Assembly (NCBI GenBank): GCA_964016885.1
Contig: CAXHJY010000906.1
Location: forward strand, 1 to 34,005
DNA: 34,005 bases
Reading direction: 5' to 3'
From: Eledone cirrhosa
Taxonomy: Eukaryota
The notes below the pieces were generated by a model. The model worked only from the letters and a program-made list of their open reading frames with translations, was not told the origin of the DNA and did no database searches. Positions 31,582-34,005 of this stretch are shown here, in pieces (within the stretch, counting starts at the first letter, position 1; each line of letters starts with the position of its first letter). Both the position numbers and the translations under genes were made by a program.

Positions 31582-31657
31582 AACCAAATAAATATATATA
31601 TATTTTTTTTAAATAAGACTTCAGTTGCATTTTCGATTTCATCTCTTTTTCTTATAC

Positions 31658-32389
<732 letters not shown>

Positions 32390-32427
32390 TTAGAGAAGAT
32401 GATAGTATGGGTTTCTAGTAGACAGTC

Positions 32428-32727
32428 TCTAACTGCTTCAAAACTAGATACAATTCGCACCTCCACTCTATCAAAAAACACAGTCTAGCCAACTCCACTT
32501 CACTATCTAGCTACATACACTATCTAAAAACTAAAAATAAACCATATACACTTAAATGGGAAGTGATAGGTAATGCGACATCGTACAAACCACCTAATAA
32601 ATTTTGTAACCTCTGTCTACTAGAGACCCATACTATCATCTTCTCTAACCATAAGAAATCAGAAGTGGTCGCGTCTTGCCAACACCGCTTCCGACACTCT
32701 TTCCAAAACTTTAAACCCAATATATAA
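32428..32727 (+). pseudogene. Second Penelope-type GIY-YIG C-terminal fragment (not in ORF track)
   Basis: Manual translation [99 protein letters not shown], colinear with 20865-21180. Preceded by a 41-bp inverted copy (32385-32425) of 32613-32653. Confidence 0.85.
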
Positions 32728-34005
32728 CAATGTCAGACTTGAACCCGTCACCACATTTAGCAACTAGCATCAGGGGCTTACCTTACACCTCATCTCAACA
32801 CCCATTAATCCACTTTAGCGCAAATAGTGACACCCTCATAGTACCTTTTACCCTGGAGATATCCCCATGTACTTCTACTTTTGGTATATTGGCCTTGAAT
32901 TATTTGGACTACATTGCACTAATATATAATTAATGTAAACTGTAGGTACTGAATTGGTTGTGCTAACATTGTCCTGTGCATAGAGTGCCACCATAGGATA
33001 GATAGATGATTAAGTAATTAATTCATTAATAGGGCTATATGTCCTATATGCTGAATACAATGATTTATGTACAGACGATATATGAGTTTTGAGTATAGGT
33101 GTGGCTTGGTGGCCAGATTAGTGTCTTTATATGAGAGAATTGATCTCTGGACCACCCTGGTGATATTTAACTTTGCCATGCATTCAGACATACAATGACC
33201 CGGAGCTTACCGGGAGTCATATATAGTAATAAGACCCAGCCAGGTTCTGCGGGTGTACTACAATTACAAAGATCATTGATTTGGAGGTCTGACTCTTCTT
33301 GTAGAATGTTCGGTTGTAGCACTCCGTGATAGAAAGTAATCATCCTGATACGAACACCTTGAGTACTTCTTAATAGACTACACTGTAATTTATAGATAAG
33401 ATACTTAAATTTAGAAGTTGTTTATAACCTTATATAATAGGGACTCATCTCAAACACCATTAATGCACTTTAGGATAATAAATTTAACTATGAAAATCAG
33501 CTAGTTACCTCCCCTTACGCATTAGCTCCCCTTAATCACACACACACTTCCGGAATATAATACAATGTCATCTCTCACAACAAAAACTGCCTGATCTATG
33601 AATCGAAGTGTATCATGGTTCACCGGACACCCAATGTCGAATCATCATGGATTGTATAATGGACATGTAGTATATAAATTGCGTTTCCTGGATTGAGTGA
33701 GTGGTGGTGGGTGCGAGGACAGTGGTGCTGTTTTGCTTCTCATTTGTTACATTTGTTATATTTTTGGTGTTTCTCTACAAACGGGCTTACACGTATGTAT
33801 CGTACAGGTGTGTGTGAAAAATGCTTTAACAATACAGACCCCATGATGCTATTGATTGCCAGCTTTAACTGCTTGTTTTAAATATATCAATCTGCCGCAC
33901 TATAATACTGTATAAATAAGACACGCGTGCATGCCACACGTGAGACTGTTTCGTACACTGACTACTCTAAACTTTCCTCTTGCTTTATCTTCATAAACTG
34001 CGAAT

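Larger units (their letters stand above)
31354..31657. repeat. ~300-bp near-perfect palindrome centred at 31506
   Basis: ...TTTTCTCACATC-T-GATGTGAGAAAA...; arms pair out to GTATAAAGAAAAAGAGATG / CATCTCTTTTTCTTATAC. Confidence 0.93.

Overview
Eukaryotic, gene-poor, repeat-dominated DNA. The SINE/LINE content and huge (TA)n/(TATG)n arrays resemble a coleoid cephalopod such as Octopus (inference from recalled repeats, not verified). About half of the window is TA-type microsatellite, which explains all the long Y/I/M/C/V/H/T ORFs. No host protein-coding gene can be supported. Retroelements sit between the arrays: a near full-length decayed RTE LINE (APE-RT-3xC2H2), a short internally deleted RTE relative, a truncated CR1/L2-group LINE, two RTE/RTEX-like copies with inverted 5' segments, SINE fragments and two Penelope-like (GIY-YIG) remnants. 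The most notable signal is RNA-level: eight minimal type I hammerhead ribozyme motifs with palindromic helix III, in about four sequence families. They occur in a 470-bp tandem array (retrozyme/circRNA-like), in a diverged homologue with compensatory changes, in long fold-back palindromes and at a Penelope 3' end. One pair carries the U3-A8 covariant core. Seven inserts show a fold-back or inverted-end architecture next to TA microsatellite.
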